From: an uncultured Planctomycetota bacterium
GTDB lineage: Bacteria > Planctomycetota > Planctomycetia > Isosphaerales > Isosphaeraceae
Direction of reading: 5' to 3'
Assembly (NCBI GenBank): GCA_963823665.1
Contig: CAWGMQ010000004.1
Coordinates: 1,920,001-1,984,000, forward strand
DNA: 64,000 bases
Below are positions 30,311-43,776 of this stretch, one piece after another. Positions within the stretch are counted from its first letter, which is position 1, and each line of letters starts with the position of its first letter. The notes beneath the pieces were generated by a model. The model searched no databases. It saw nothing but the letters and a program-made list of their open reading frames with translations, and was not told the DNA's origin. Both the position numbers and the translations under genes were made by a program.

Positions 30311-31615
30311 ATGGTTTGTTCCTCACAACGCCAGCGGTTCCATCAATGGTCCGGGCGCGACAGTTTGCGAATCGTTGCCGTGTTCTGCGCGCTCCTCTGC
30401 GGCCTCGCACGCTCAGGCCGCGCCCAGGAAGCCCAGGCCGGCGCCGCCCCACAAGCGTCAAAGACCTGGAAAGTGCTCATGATCGGCAACAGCTACACCT
30501 ACTTCAACAATATGCCGAGAATGTTCGAGCAACTCGCACTGGCGGATCAACCCCCGCGACGCGTGCAGTGCGAGATGATCGTGCAGGGAGGCGCCACGCT
30601 CAACCGACACTGGGAGGCTGGCACAGCGATCAAAGCGATCGAACGAGGCGGCTGGGATTTCGTGATCCTTCAAGAGCAGAGCACGCTCGGAGAGACGTTG
30701 CTGGTGGAAGGCCTGCCACGCATCGGCAATCCGAGCCAGTACTTTGCTTCCGCACGCCGTTTCCACGAAGCCATCGGCAGAAGCGGCGCGCGCACCGTCA
30801 TTTTCGCGTTCTGGGCCAGGGAGAACGTTCCCAGGGAAGACCACGACACTTTGGACTACGCGCATCACAAACTGGGCCAGGAGCTCGGCGCCGTCGTTGC
30901 ACCCGTCGGCCTCGCCTGGCGAGCGCTCCGGCAACAAAAGGTCCATCCCGCACTTTACCGAGACGATCATTCGCACCCGGCGCCTGAGGGCTCCTACCTG
31001 GCCGCCTGTGTTCTCTACGCCGCCTGCTTCGGCGCCGTTCCGGCAGACCCGCCGCGTAGTATCACCGGAAAACGCATCGACACGAGCGGTCAGGTGAGCC
31101 CCGAGAAGGAACAAACACTCGTCGAGGTGTCCCAGGAATTCGCGCACACTCTTCGGGACGCGGCAAACGAGAGCCTGACCTCCAGCCGCCAATTCGCACG
31201 CGAGCTGGATCGACACAAACCCGTGCCGCCCCATCTTCCGCAACTGGAACGAGGCCGTCGGCCGACGACCGAGGAACTGGAAGGAGACTGGACCGGCGAA
31301 TCGACAGTGTATCCCAGAGCCACCGATCGGCCTGCGGCAATGACGCTTCGGCTAACGCATGAGGCCGGATCCTGGCAGGCCCGCGGCAAGATCTCTTTCG
31401 GAGGAGATCCCGCCGACATCGTCCTCGACATCGGAGAGTTCCAGATCACCGACGATGGGATCTCTTTCGTGGATCGAAACAAGCAGACCAACGGCGGCAG
31501 CGTAGCTCGCTACCGCGGCGCCTTTGCGCCTCGATCGCTCAGCGGTATCGCCGAGATCACATCAGTTGAAGCCCGCCTCCGCGTGATCGGGAGTTGGACA
31601 TTGAAAAAGAAATGA
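30311..31615 (+). CDS. Secreted SGNH/GDSL-like hydrolase
   Basis: Signal peptide; VLMIGNSYT, WDFVILQEQS, DDHSHP. Confidence 0.8.
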   Translation: MVCSSQRQRFHQWSGRDSLRIVAVFCALLCGLARSGRAQEAQAGAAPQASKTWKVLMIGNSYTYFNNMPRMFEQLALADQPPRRVQCEMIVQGGATLNRHWEAGTAIKAIERGGWDFVILQEQSTLGETLLVEGLPRIGNPSQYFASARRFHEAIGRSGARTVIFAFWARENVPREDHDTLDYAHHKLGQELGAVVAPVGLAWRALRQQKVHPALYRDDHSHPAPEGSYLAACVLYAACFGAVPADPPRSITGKRIDTSGQVSPEKEQTLVEVSQEFAHTLRDAANESLTSSRQFARELDRHKPVPPHLPQLERGRRPTTEELEGDWTGESTVYPRATDRPAAMTLRLTHEAGSWQARGKISFGGDPADIVLDIGEFQITDDGISFVDRNKQTNGGSVARYRGAFAPRSLSGIAEITSVEARLRVIGSWTLKKK

Positions 31616-31703
31616 CCCGGAAGTAGGAATAATCTAGATCTCACGCTTCGCCTCGTAGCTCCGATCATCATCGAGGATCAGCACGCGACGAACCTTTGTG
31701 GTT

Positions 31704-31721
31704 CGTGTTCGATCGAACACG
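31704..31721. promoter_or_regulatory. Perfect 18 bp palindrome containing TGTTC-N4-GAACA (candidate SOS box)
   Basis: CGTGTTCGATCGAACACG about 210 bp upstream of the SRAP gene. Confidence 0.45.
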
Positions 31722-31931
31722 GATGCCCACACGATCCGGCCGAAGTCGAAAAGGCTTTACCGATTACGGCTTCGCGAACCCGCCTCAATCTCAACGGAGC
31801 CGCGACAGATCCCGCGCTCACGCACCCTCCACCCAAATCCCACCACGGATCCTACTTTCCGCTCCCTCCCCAGGCTATCATGGCACCCCAACGAACGATC
31901 AATCATTCATTCCACAATGGCACAAAATCCG

Positions 31932-32588
31932 ATGTTCAGACATTTCACGCTCACAACCGACGACGCAACCCTCGTAACCCGCTTCGATCTCAAGGAAATG
32001 CCCACCTTCTCGCCCAAATACAACATCGCGCCGAACGACCCCGTCGCCACCGTCTCGGCAAGCATGCAGCGCCCGCCTCGCGATATCCGATTCCTCGACT
32101 GGGGATTGATCTTCGACGAAAAGGACGTCCAGTCCAAAGACGATCGTGTCACCACCGTCCCCGAGGATGAGCTATCCGCACCACGCTACACGCCCGCGTT
32201 CCGTTTCAAACGATGCTTGATCCTTGCCGACGGCCTTTATCTCTGGAAAACAGCGAACGACGCGCCCAGGTACATGGTCCGTCGAGACCGCCAGCCGTTC
32301 ACCTTCGCCGGGATCAGAGAACACTACGCAAGCGGTGACATTTCATTCGATACCTGCGCCATCATAACGGCAATCCTGAATGAAACCGGAACGTCCCGGC
32401 AGGCAATGCCGGCCGTCGTCGCACCCCAAGATTACGATAAGTGGCTCAGTCCCATGGTGACGAAGGTCAAGTTGCTCGCGACTCTGATTGGCCCACTGCC
32501 TGTTCGCGAAATGGAATCGCGGGAGGTAGGAGATCACGTCAAGCAGGTGAGCTTCAAAAACTCAGAATGCACCGAACCCCGGCAGTAG
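31932..32588 (+). CDS. SRAP (YedK/HMCES) family protein lacking the catalytic residues
   Basis: PKYNIAP, WGLI, FKRCLILADG, QPFTFAGI, TCAIIT, MPAVV; MFRHFTL replaces MCGRF. Confidence 0.8.
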   Translation: MFRHFTLTTDDATLVTRFDLKEMPTFSPKYNIAPNDPVATVSASMQRPPRDIRFLDWGLIFDEKDVQSKDDRVTTVPEDELSAPRYTPAFRFKRCLILADGLYLWKTANDAPRYMVRRDRQPFTFAGIREHYASGDISFDTCAIITAILNETGTSRQAMPAVVAPQDYDKWLSPMVTKVKLLATLIGPLPVREMESREVGDHVKQVSFKNSECTEPRQ

Positions 32589-32653
32589 AATCGCGACAGT
32601 CAGCGACTTGAGTGCCGCCACACGCGACCAAAAGTCCAAGCGCCGGCCCGCGC

Positions 32654-33118
32654 TTATTCCTCCCCGTTCAGCCCGAACTCGAACAACACAAAACGCTCCG
32701 CTACCTCTTTGCCGCCCACCGATGCGTAAAGCAACCGGGCCGCGTTGTTCGATGGCTCGGTGGCCACCCATGCGCGGTGGCAGCCCAGAGTACGCCCGTG
32801 TTCTAACAGCGCATCCACCAGCATGCGGGCAATTCCGTGTCCCTGGTGCTCGGGGCCTACAGCCACCTCATTCACCCAAAGCTCTGGCGGTTTGTCCGGA
32901 CGAAGGAACTGCACCCCCGACGCCATACCGACCACCAGGTCGCCATCCACGGCAACCACCAGGTGGTGCCGCGCGTCGGCCAGAAACTCTACCGTCCATG
33001 TAGCGTCGATCCCTTTCTCGAACACCCCGGGCGCCACGTTCTCGAGCACCTCGGCATCACCAGGGCCAAGCAACTGGATCCTGACGCTCACCGCATCTGG
33101 CGCAATCACTCGTTGCAC
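32654..33118 (-). CDS. GNAT N-acetyltransferase
   Basis: NEVAVGPEHQGHGIARML; NNAARLLY. Confidence 0.9.
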   Translation of the reverse strand: MQRVIAPDAVSVRIQLLGPGDAEVLENVAPGVFEKGIDATWTVEFLADARHHLVVAVDGDLVVGMASGVQFLRPDKPPELWVNEVAVGPEHQGHGIARMLVDALLEHGRTLGCHRAWVATEPSNNAARLLYASVGGKEVAERFVLFEFGLNGEE

Positions 33119-33445
33119 ATTCTACCGCCTGATTCCTGAAAGCCTGTCGGAACGGAACATCACGACAATACCTTTGCAACGCAAAGTTATTCTGTCAAGT
33201 CAGATCTCCGCGTGGGGACCGTTCACGCCAGGGAATCCGCCCATCGACGCCCGGATATTCCCCGCAATCACACGAAGTCGCATTAGACACCCCGAGCAAC
33301 GCCGAAGCCACTGGGCTGTGCGTCGCGGGTACGGGCGACCGCAGGCTTCACCGCCATGAGTCGACTGGAATCGGGAACTGTGCCAGCTCCCGTCGCGCAA
33401 GCCGCCGTTTCCCGGATGCGAAGACCAGAGCCCCATAATTCTTGC

Positions 33446-34156
33446 GAGCATGCCGTCGAAGACGCGTTTCAAGCAACCTTCCTGGTGCTCGTCCGGCGCG
33501 CTCGATCGCTCTGGGTGCGAGACTCGCTCGGTCCCTGGCTTTTTCAGGTGGCCGTTCGGGTATCAGCCTCGGCGCGCGCTTCGGAGGTTCGCCGCCGCCG
33601 GCTCGAACAACGCAAGGCTAGCCAGACCGAGATCCTCGTGTTCGACCGAAATTGCGACGACCTGAGTCCAGTCATTCACCAGGAGCTTGCCCGGCTCCCG
33701 GACCAGTTCCGCGCCGCCGTGGTGCTCTGCTGCCTGGAAGGCCTCTCCCAGCAGCAAGCGGCCACGCAGCTCGGCTGGCCGCTGGGAACTCTGCAAAGCC
33801 GCCTGGCACGGGGCAGGGAGCAACTGCGAGCGAAGTTGACGCGCCGGGGCATCGCCCCATCGGGTACTCTGCTCGCGGCACTCTTGTCGTCGGAGAGCAC
33901 CCGCGCCGCTTTTCCCGCGCCGCTGGCAAGCTCGACGATTCGAATGGCCGTGCATCACGCGTCAGGCAAAGCCGCTGGTGCCGCAGCGACCGCGTCACCA
34001 GTCATCCTGCTAACCCAAGGAGTCTTGAAAACGATGGTGCTCCAGAAACTGAAACTCGCGCTCACACTGATCTTGGCTGTCGCGATCACCGCGGCGGGTG
34101 CCGGCGTATGGGCGCACCAAACTTCCCAGGCTGACTCGGACCCGCAATTCGAGTGA
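33446..34156 (+). pseudogene. Truncated planctomycete-type ECF sigma-70 factor
   Basis: EDAFQATFLVL...LGPWL, LEGLSQQQAATQLGWPLGTLQSRLARGR and a TM helix; N-terminal part of region 2 missing. Confidence 0.75.
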
Positions 34157-34235
34157 GTAGGTCAGGCTTCAACCTGACGATTGAGTAAGTCAGCGTCCAG
34201 CCCACCGTCCCGAACCTCAAGTCCGCATCCTCTCA

Positions 34236-35198
34236 TCAACGCTCGTCCGATTTCGCCTTGTTCTGCCGTTCGCGAATGCGCACGGCCCGCGGTTTCTCGA
34301 TGACCTGCTTTGCCAGAATGATGCACCAGTAGGGTGTGCCGTTCTTGGCGACAGCGTAGCCCACGCCGACCTCCCGGTAATCATCCAGAGCGCCGGAATC
34401 ATCCCCCAGAACCGTCTTCGCCGCCTCGACGTGGGTCGGAGCATTTCCGGCCAGCATGATGCGGAATTCCCGCCCGCGAGGTGCTTCCGTCTCGATCAGC
34501 TTGAACGGGTCGCCTTCCAGCTTGGATGTGTCCTTCTTGGCCATCACGGCGCTGATTTCCATGGCGGCCTTGCCGATCTTCGTTTCGGCCTTGATAAGGG
34601 GCTTTTTATTCTTCTTCCGGTCTTCGTTCAAATACTTCACAAGCGCCGCTGCCGCCTCTTTGGGCTTGAGCTGCACGATCGGGGTTCCCAGCGTCACGCA
34701 CCAGTAATTAACCCCTCGGTCGTCCTTGGCTCGCGCCGCTCCCATTTCGGTAAAATCGGCCATGATGTTCTCGCGATGACCGGGGCTTTCCAGCCAGCCA
34801 GTCATGACCTCCAGAACGGTCTTCTGGCCATCCGCGACATTTTCGCCCACGACGACGTACGCATATCCCGTCCGCTTGACTCGCTCGGCCACGGTCGACT
34901 TATCGCTCCCAGCGTGGCCACCCTCATGATGCTCGGCCATGTCCTTGGCGTGAGCGGCCGCCGCCTGAGACAGCTTTTCGGATAGCTTGAGCGGCGTCTT
35001 CCCGTCGTTCTCTCGAACGCGGTTATGAGCTTCCAGGAGCGCGGCAGCAATCGGGTCAACCGGCTTCTCGCCTTTGGTCGAACCGGGCCGGGCACCCTTG
35101 GACTTTTCGACCGGATCCTGCACGCCAGCGAACGCAAGGCTCATTCCCAAGCACATCGAGGCGCCGAGTAACGCAGCTTTCTTGACGACGGGAATCAT
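34236..35198 (-). CDS. Secreted CAP/SCP domain protein (two CAP domains, second degenerate)
   Basis: Signal peptide; AHNRVR, AHAKDMA, GENVA, WLESPGHRENIM, YWC twice. Confidence 0.88.
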   Translation of the reverse strand: MIPVVKKAALLGASMCLGMSLAFAGVQDPVEKSKGARPGSTKGEKPVDPIAAALLEAHNRVRENDGKTPLKLSEKLSQAAAAHAKDMAEHHEGGHAGSDKSTVAERVKRTGYAYVVVGENVADGQKTVLEVMTGWLESPGHRENIMADFTEMGAARAKDDRGVNYWCVTLGTPIVQLKPKEAAAALVKYLNEDRKKNKKPLIKAETKIGKAAMEISAVMAKKDTSKLEGDPFKLIETEAPRGREFRIMLAGNAPTHVEAAKTVLGDDSGALDDYREVGVGYAVAKNGTPYWCIILAKQVIEKPRAVRIRERQNKAKSDER

Positions 35199-35457
35199 TG
35201 TGGGACCCCTGAAGGAGTTGGTCGCTTCACCCGATGCCTGCTCGTCTTCGGGCGTCCCGGCAGTCTGCACCACCGGTCTCAAACTCCCGGCAGGCCCGTG
35301 GTCGAAACTCGTAGTGCCGGCATCCACAGTTAAGCGGCCTTGCTCAGTGCCCATGCACCACCCGCGAAAAAACCTCGTTCCCCACCGGCTCAAGTTGTAA
35401 GATGAGATCATTGTAGAACGCACGGAGGGAGCCCGTCCATCCGAGGGAAGTGCCCGC

Positions 35458-38672
<3,215 letters not shown>

Positions 38673-38722
38673 GCTGAATCACTGGTCTGAAGTCGTGCGC
38701 GGCCTTTTTCTCGGGGAATTCC

Positions 38723-40176
38723 ATGCACTGCCAGCGATTTCTGGGATCGAGCTTGAGCCGCCGCGACATGCTCTTACGGTGCGCAAACGGCTTCGGTGCA
38801 CTGGCGGCCGCGGCACTCCTTCACGATCCGGCCTACGGCGCAATCCTGAGCGATTCCGACCTCGACCGCAATGCGCCAGGAGATAATCCGCTTTCGCCCC
38901 GGCCTCCGCAATTTCCCGCCAAGGCGCGGAGCGTCATCTTCCTGTTCATGGACGGCGGCCCGTCGCAGCTTGATACGTTCGACCCCAAACCCAGGCTCGA
39001 TCGCGAGCACGGTAGCCCGATCAAGGTCAAGACCCACCCGACTCAGTTCAACAACGTCGGCAACGTGCTCAGATGCCCGTGGAGGTTTCGCCGCTACGGC
39101 CAGAGTGGCATCCCCGTCAGCGACTTGTTCCCGAAGGTCGGAGCGTGCGTCGACCAGCTTGCCATCGTGCGGTCGATGGTCTCGAATTTCTCGGAGCATA
39201 CGACCGCCAATTACTTCATGCATACGGGCAGCGGCCTGCAAGGCCGGCCCAGCCACGGCGCATGGGTCACTTACGGCCTTGGTAGCATGTCGCAGGATCT
39301 ACCCGGCTTCGTGGTCTTGAACGGCGGACTGATCCCACCCGGCGGCATGGATTGCTTCAGCTCAGGATTTCTCCCGGCGTCTTATCAAGGCTCGGTCTTC
39401 AAGCCCAGTTCCACTCCGATCGCCAACCTGACCCCGAGCGAGTCCACCGGGAACGCCCAGTCCCGCAAGCTCGAGTTGCTCCGCAAGCTCGACCAGGGCG
39501 TGCTCGGTCGCATCGGCCATCATGATGCCCTCGAGGCGGCCGTCGCCAACTACGAGCTGGCCTACCGCATGCAGACAGCCGTTCCCGAGTTGATGAGCTT
39601 CTCCGGCGAGTCGGCCGCCACCCAGCGCCTTTACGGCCTCGACAGTCCCTACGCCCCGACGCAAATCTTCGGGCGCGAATGCCTGATCGCCCGGCGGCTG
39701 GTTGAACGGGGTGTGCGCTTCATCGAGCTGTTATGCCCCGCGGTCGGCGGCGACCGCTGGGACCAGCACTCTGACCTGAAAAATGGCCATGAGAACAACG
39801 CCCGCGCCGTCGATCAACCGATCGCGGCCTTGCTCACGGACCTCAAGTCACGCGGCCTCCTGGACAGCACGCTCATCATCTGGGGCGGCGAGTTCGGCGC
39901 ACGCCCATGGCCCAGGGCACCGACGGACGCGACCACAACCCCTACGGCTTCACCATGTGGCTCGCCGGCGGCGGAATCAAAGGTGGAACAATCTACGGCG
40001 CCACCGACGACTACGGCTACCACGCCGTCGAAAACAAAGTCGAAGTCTACGACCTCCACGCCACGATGCTCCATCTCCTGGGCGTCGATCACAAGCGCCT
40101 CACCTACCGCTTCGGCGGCCGCGACATGCGCCTGACCGACGTCCACGGCGAAGTCGTGCACGGCATCATCGCGTAA
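38723..40176 (+). CDS. DUF1501 protein, Tat-exported (frameshift ~39900)
   Basis: [47 protein letters not shown]. Confidence 0.93.
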
Positions 40177-40201
40177 TCGAGCGAGAAACGGAGCGTTGAT
40201 C

Positions 40202-40837
40202 ATGTCCACGATCACACCCACCCAGTCGCCGGCGAATTCGGGAGGAAAGGTTCCAGAGCCTGCTCACCCCGTCTCCGAGCTGATCGACGCAACAGAGACC
40301 CTTTACCGCCTCACGGTCGAGGAGTACGAGCAGCTCGCGGGTTTCCTGGACGACGATCGGGTCGAGCTCATCGACGGCTACCTGGTGAAAAAAATGGTTA
40401 AGAACCCGCCTCATGTGGTCGCATGCGCACGCGTCGTTGCAACCCTTGCGCGAATCGCCCCGGCTGGCTGGCACACGCGGCCAGGCGAGCCAATACGAAT
40501 CGCGGGGCGTACCGAGCCAGAGCCAGACGTGGCCTTGGCGCGAGGCGTTATTGACGACTACGCGTTGGCTCATCCGGAACCGCACGACATCGCGCTGGTC
40601 GTGGAGGTCGCGGACACAACAGTGGCCAAAGACCGCCGGCGCGGGCGAACTTATGGCCCGGCAGGAATCCCGGTCTACTGGATCGTCAACCTAATGACCC
40701 GCCGCGTCGAGGTCTACACGAATCCGAGCCCGGATGGTTACACAGAGCGCGTCGATTACGCGCCTGGCGAGTTTATCCCGCTCGTGATAAATGGCGAGAT
40801 CGTCGGCCAAGTTCCGGTCGACGATATCCTGCCGTGA
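40202..40837 (+). CDS. Uma2 family endonuclease
   Basis: RVELIDG, EPEPDV, LVVEVAD, GIPVYWIVNL. Confidence 0.92.
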   Translation: MSTITPTQSPANSGGKVPEPAHPVSELIDATETLYRLTVEEYEQLAGFLDDDRVELIDGYLVKKMVKNPPHVVACARVVATLARIAPAGWHTRPGEPIRIAGRTEPEPDVALARGVIDDYALAHPEPHDIALVVEVADTTVAKDRRRGRTYGPAGIPVYWIVNLMTRRVEVYTNPSPDGYTERVDYAPGEFIPLVINGEIVGQVPVDDILP

Positions 40838-40873
40838 CGGCCCTCGCACGCCGGTGCGCTGCTCTGGCCCGAA

Positions 40874-41197
40874 TCACTCCCGCACGCGCACATGCTGAAT
40901 CTGATTCTTGTCAAGCCACGACAGCAGCGCCTCCTGCTCCTCCGTCAGCTCAACCTCCGTCATATTCGCTGAGTCAAGCGGTGAAACCAGATAGAAAACC
41001 CCTTCGTCAACCCACTTCTTGACCTCATCGCGAGCAAACCAGCACTCGTTTTCCCCCAGCGAAGGCATGCCGGCGGCCGAAGGCGCCGCCATGAAGTAAA
41101 CAAGTTGGCCCCTCATCCGCGGCGAGATCAATAGCGGTCGCACATCGGGTCGATCCAGGGCAACCAGGCTGCATTGCGACATCTCGAACGACCTCAT
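40874..41197 (-). CDS. Hypothetical protein
   Basis: 107 aa ORF overlapping the stop of the PQQ dehydrogenase gene by 4 nt. Confidence 0.65.
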   Translation of the reverse strand: MRSFEMSQCSLVALDRPDVRPLLISPRMRGQLVYFMAAPSAAGMPSLGENECWFARDEVKKWVDEGVFYLVSPLDSANMTEVELTEEQEALLSWLDKNQIQHVRVRE

Positions 41198-43080
41198 TTC
41201 TGTTCCGGCAGACTGAACGCCACAAACGCATCACCCGCCTTCGTGCGCAGTTTGCCCGCGCCTCCGGCCGCAATCACAACGTATTGGCGGCCCTTCACCA
41301 TATAGGTACACGGAGTCGCGTACCCTCCCGCCGGCAGCGGGTGTTCCCACAGGAGTTTGCCGGTCAGCGTGTCATAGGCGTGAATGCGCTCGTCCTTGGT
41401 GCCGGCAATGAACACCAAGCCGCCGGCTGTCACAATCGAGCCGCCAAACGTCTCGGTACCGGTTCGCGGAATACCTCGCGCGGTTAATTCATCATACTCG
41501 CCTAACGGAACCTGCCAGGCGAATTCGCCCGAGTTCAGATTGATCGCGGTCAAGAGCCCCCACGGCGGCTTGATCGCCGGATAGCCCTCGTGGTCGAGGA
41601 ACTGCGCATAGCCCGTCGTGCCGTAGGGCCCGTATCTCGTTTTGTCTCGGCTCTTGGATTCGACAAGCGTGATGATATTCGGCACATTGTTCGAGTTAAC
41701 GTACAGGAATCCCGTTGTCGGGTCGAACGACGCCCCGGACCAGTTTGCTCCGCCGTGATAGCCGGGGATGACCACCGTCCCCGACAGGCTCGGTGGGTTG
41801 AAGGCCGGCCCACCGCGGATCTTCTTCAGTTGTTTGAGAACCGACGCCCGGTTAGCTTCGCCGATGTCGGTGATATTCATTTCATCCAGAAACTGGGCCG
41901 CGATCGGCGGTGGCTTGGTCGGAACCGGCTGCGTGGCAGATGCCTGCTCACTGGGCACGTCCGAGGCCGTTACACGCTGCTCGGTTATCTCGAATAACGG
42001 CTTGCCGGTTTCGCGTTCAAACAAGAAGACGTACCCCGTCTTCGTCACCTGCGCCACGGCATCGATCGACTTGCCGTCTCGAGCGACCGTGACAAGGTTC
42101 GGATAAACCGGCAGATCGTGGTCCCAGAGGTCATGTCGTAGCGTCTGAAAGTGCCAGACACGCTTGCCGGTCCTGGCGTCGAGGGCGATCGTGCAGTTCG
42201 CAAACAGATTATCGCCGTGCCGGTCGCCGCCATAGAAGTCGAACGCGGCCGAGCCAAGGCCGGCAAAGACCAGGCCACGACGGGTATCAACGCTGAATCC
42301 ACCCCACGCGTTGACTGCACCGCGCCCCTTCCACGATTCCCCTTTCCATGTCTCGTTCCCGAATTCTCCTGGCCCGGGCACTGTCTGGAAACGCCAGACT
42401 TCCTTGCCTGTGTGAATGTCAAACGCCCGGATATCCCCCGGCGCCGCAATTCCCGGCCCTTCCCCGCACGAAACGCCGACAATGATCGTATCGTGCCAGA
42501 TCGCGGGAGCCGAAGTGGGCCCGTAGTCAAGCGCAGCAACTTTCGGGTCGAGTCCCTCCCGAAGATTGCAGATTCCTCCGGCGCCGAACTTCGGATCGAG
42601 CTTTCCGGTCTTCGCGTCGAGCGAGAACAAGCGTCCGTCCGACGTCCCGTGAATGATCCGCCGCTCACCGCCTGGCTTCAGGTCCGACCAGTAAGCACAA
42701 CCTCGATTGACCCCTCCGGACGCCGTCCGGTGCGCAAACGGATGATCCCGCAACGGATCGAACTGCCAGAGTTCCTTGCCCCCCGCCGCGTCAAGAGCCA
42801 CCACGCGAAGATATCCGGTAGTCACATACATCACGCCGTCGATGACGATCGGCGTGCATTCGATCGTCTTGCCGGCGCGGCCTTCCAGCTCCCGCGTGTG
42901 AAACGTCCACGCCGGTTTGAGCCGCGCCACGCTGTCGCGATTGATTTGATCTAGCTCCGAATACCGCGTGCAACCGGGGTCGTTCCCGACCCCCGGCCAT
43001 TCGACGGCTTGCTGCGGCTCTCCAGCGAGCGCAGTCGCGAATTCCAGCAGACACAGAGCAGTAACCAGAAGAACAGGCAT
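41194..43080 (-). CDS. Secreted PQQ-dependent dehydrogenase (glucose/quinate DH-like)
   Basis: Signal peptide; TPIVIDGVMYV, WHFQTLRHDLWDHD, GGANWSG, PPWGLL, TAGGLVF, ATPCTY. Confidence 0.9.
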   Translation of the reverse strand: MPVLLVTALCLLEFATALAGEPQQAVEWPGVGNDPGCTRYSELDQINRDSVARLKPAWTFHTRELEGRAGKTIECTPIVIDGVMYVTTGYLRVVALDAAGGKELWQFDPLRDHPFAHRTASGGVNRGCAYWSDLKPGGERRIIHGTSDGRLFSLDAKTGKLDPKFGAGGICNLREGLDPKVAALDYGPTSAPAIWHDTIIVGVSCGEGPGIAAPGDIRAFDIHTGKEVWRFQTVPGPGEFGNETWKGESWKGRGAVNAWGGFSVDTRRGLVFAGLGSAAFDFYGGDRHGDNLFANCTIALDARTGKRVWHFQTLRHDLWDHDLPVYPNLVTVARDGKSIDAVAQVTKTGYVFLFERETGKPLFEITEQRVTASDVPSEQASATQPVPTKPPPIAAQFLDEMNITDIGEANRASVLKQLKKIRGGPAFNPPSLSGTVVIPGYHGGANWSGASFDPTTGFLYVNSNNVPNIITLVESKSRDKTRYGPYGTTGYAQFLDHEGYPAIKPPWGLLTAINLNSGEFAWQVPLGEYDELTARGIPRTGTETFGGSIVTAGGLVFIAGTKDERIHAYDTLTGKLLWEHPLPAGGYATPCTYMVKGRQYVVIAAGGAGKLRTKAGDAFVAFSLPEQK

Positions 43081-43152
43081 AGCAAATTTCCCGAGATGAC
43101 TTGCGACGTCCGACCGTCCAGCATACACGTGTCTCACACCAGACGGCGATCA

Positions 43153-43776
43153 TCATGGCGCCAAAACTCGGCGAGCGAGCGGTTCAAGTCGAAGGTTGAC
43201 AACCTCCACGTGCGGAATCGATCGCGCGGCACGCGGCAGCATCGGATCAACCAATCCCATCTGGGCGGCGGCTTGGCGTGTGGTGCCCACGGGTGCGGAC
43301 ATGCTTTTGATCAGGACAAGAGTCCGCGCTTGAAGATGCTCCGCGATCCGCGCCGCAATTGTGTCGGAGGTGACGTCCCAGGTCGCCGGAAGCCGGTCGG
43401 TGCCGTGGCGTTCGATCTCGTTCAAGACGTTTCGTGGAGCCACGATCGGCGTCGTTCCAGATTCCCGCGCGGCCGCAAGCATGTCGAGCCGGTCGACGGC
43501 CATCGAACCCGGCAACAGCCTCGCCAGAATAACCGCCGTCAAGTCGAGCGCGTGCAGAGCAAGCTCGTGGGCAACATCCTCTCCGAGTCCGTAAACGCGA
43601 TCAAGCGAACGGATCCAATCGGCCGCGGCCCCTCCGCCGGCGACCAGAACGATCTCTTCCATAGGGTCGTTCGCTCTCCGTGTCTCGAGCCAGGTCGTTA
43701 GCCGGCCTGGAAGCTCCGGCCAGCCCAACAGGCTGCCGCCAACCTTGACAACAGCCCGCGCGGTCGATCCGTTCAT
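43153..43776 (-). CDS. Amino-acid-kinase-fold protein of H4MPT/methanofuran clusters (Orf21 / MfnE-like)
   Basis: VVKVGGSLL, AGGGAAAD, LPATWDVTSDTIAA; gene context. Confidence 0.85.
   Translation of the reverse strand: MNGSTARAVVKVGGSLLGWPELPGRLTTWLETRRANDPMEEIVLVAGGGAAADWIRSLDRVYGLGEDVAHELALHALDLTAVILARLLPGSMAVDRLDMLAAARESGTTPIVAPRNVLNEIERHGTDRLPATWDVTSDTIAARIAEHLQARTLVLIKSMSAPVGTTRQAAAQMGLVDPMLPRAARSIPHVEVVNLRLEPLARRVLAP

Larger units (their letters stand above)
5756..33445. mobile_element. tRNA-Ser-anchored composite genomic (defence/TA) island; right boundary uncertain; no integrase seen
   Basis: Begins right after the tRNA; more AT-rich stretches; many TA/defence genes, truncated genes, internal duplications and att-like repeats at 6762 and 11303. 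Confidence 0.7.

Noticed and set aside
41194..43080. Methanol dehydrogenase (XoxF/MxaF)
   Set aside because: It lacks the vicinal Cys-Cys, and its motifs fit the glucose/quinate PQQ dehydrogenase group.
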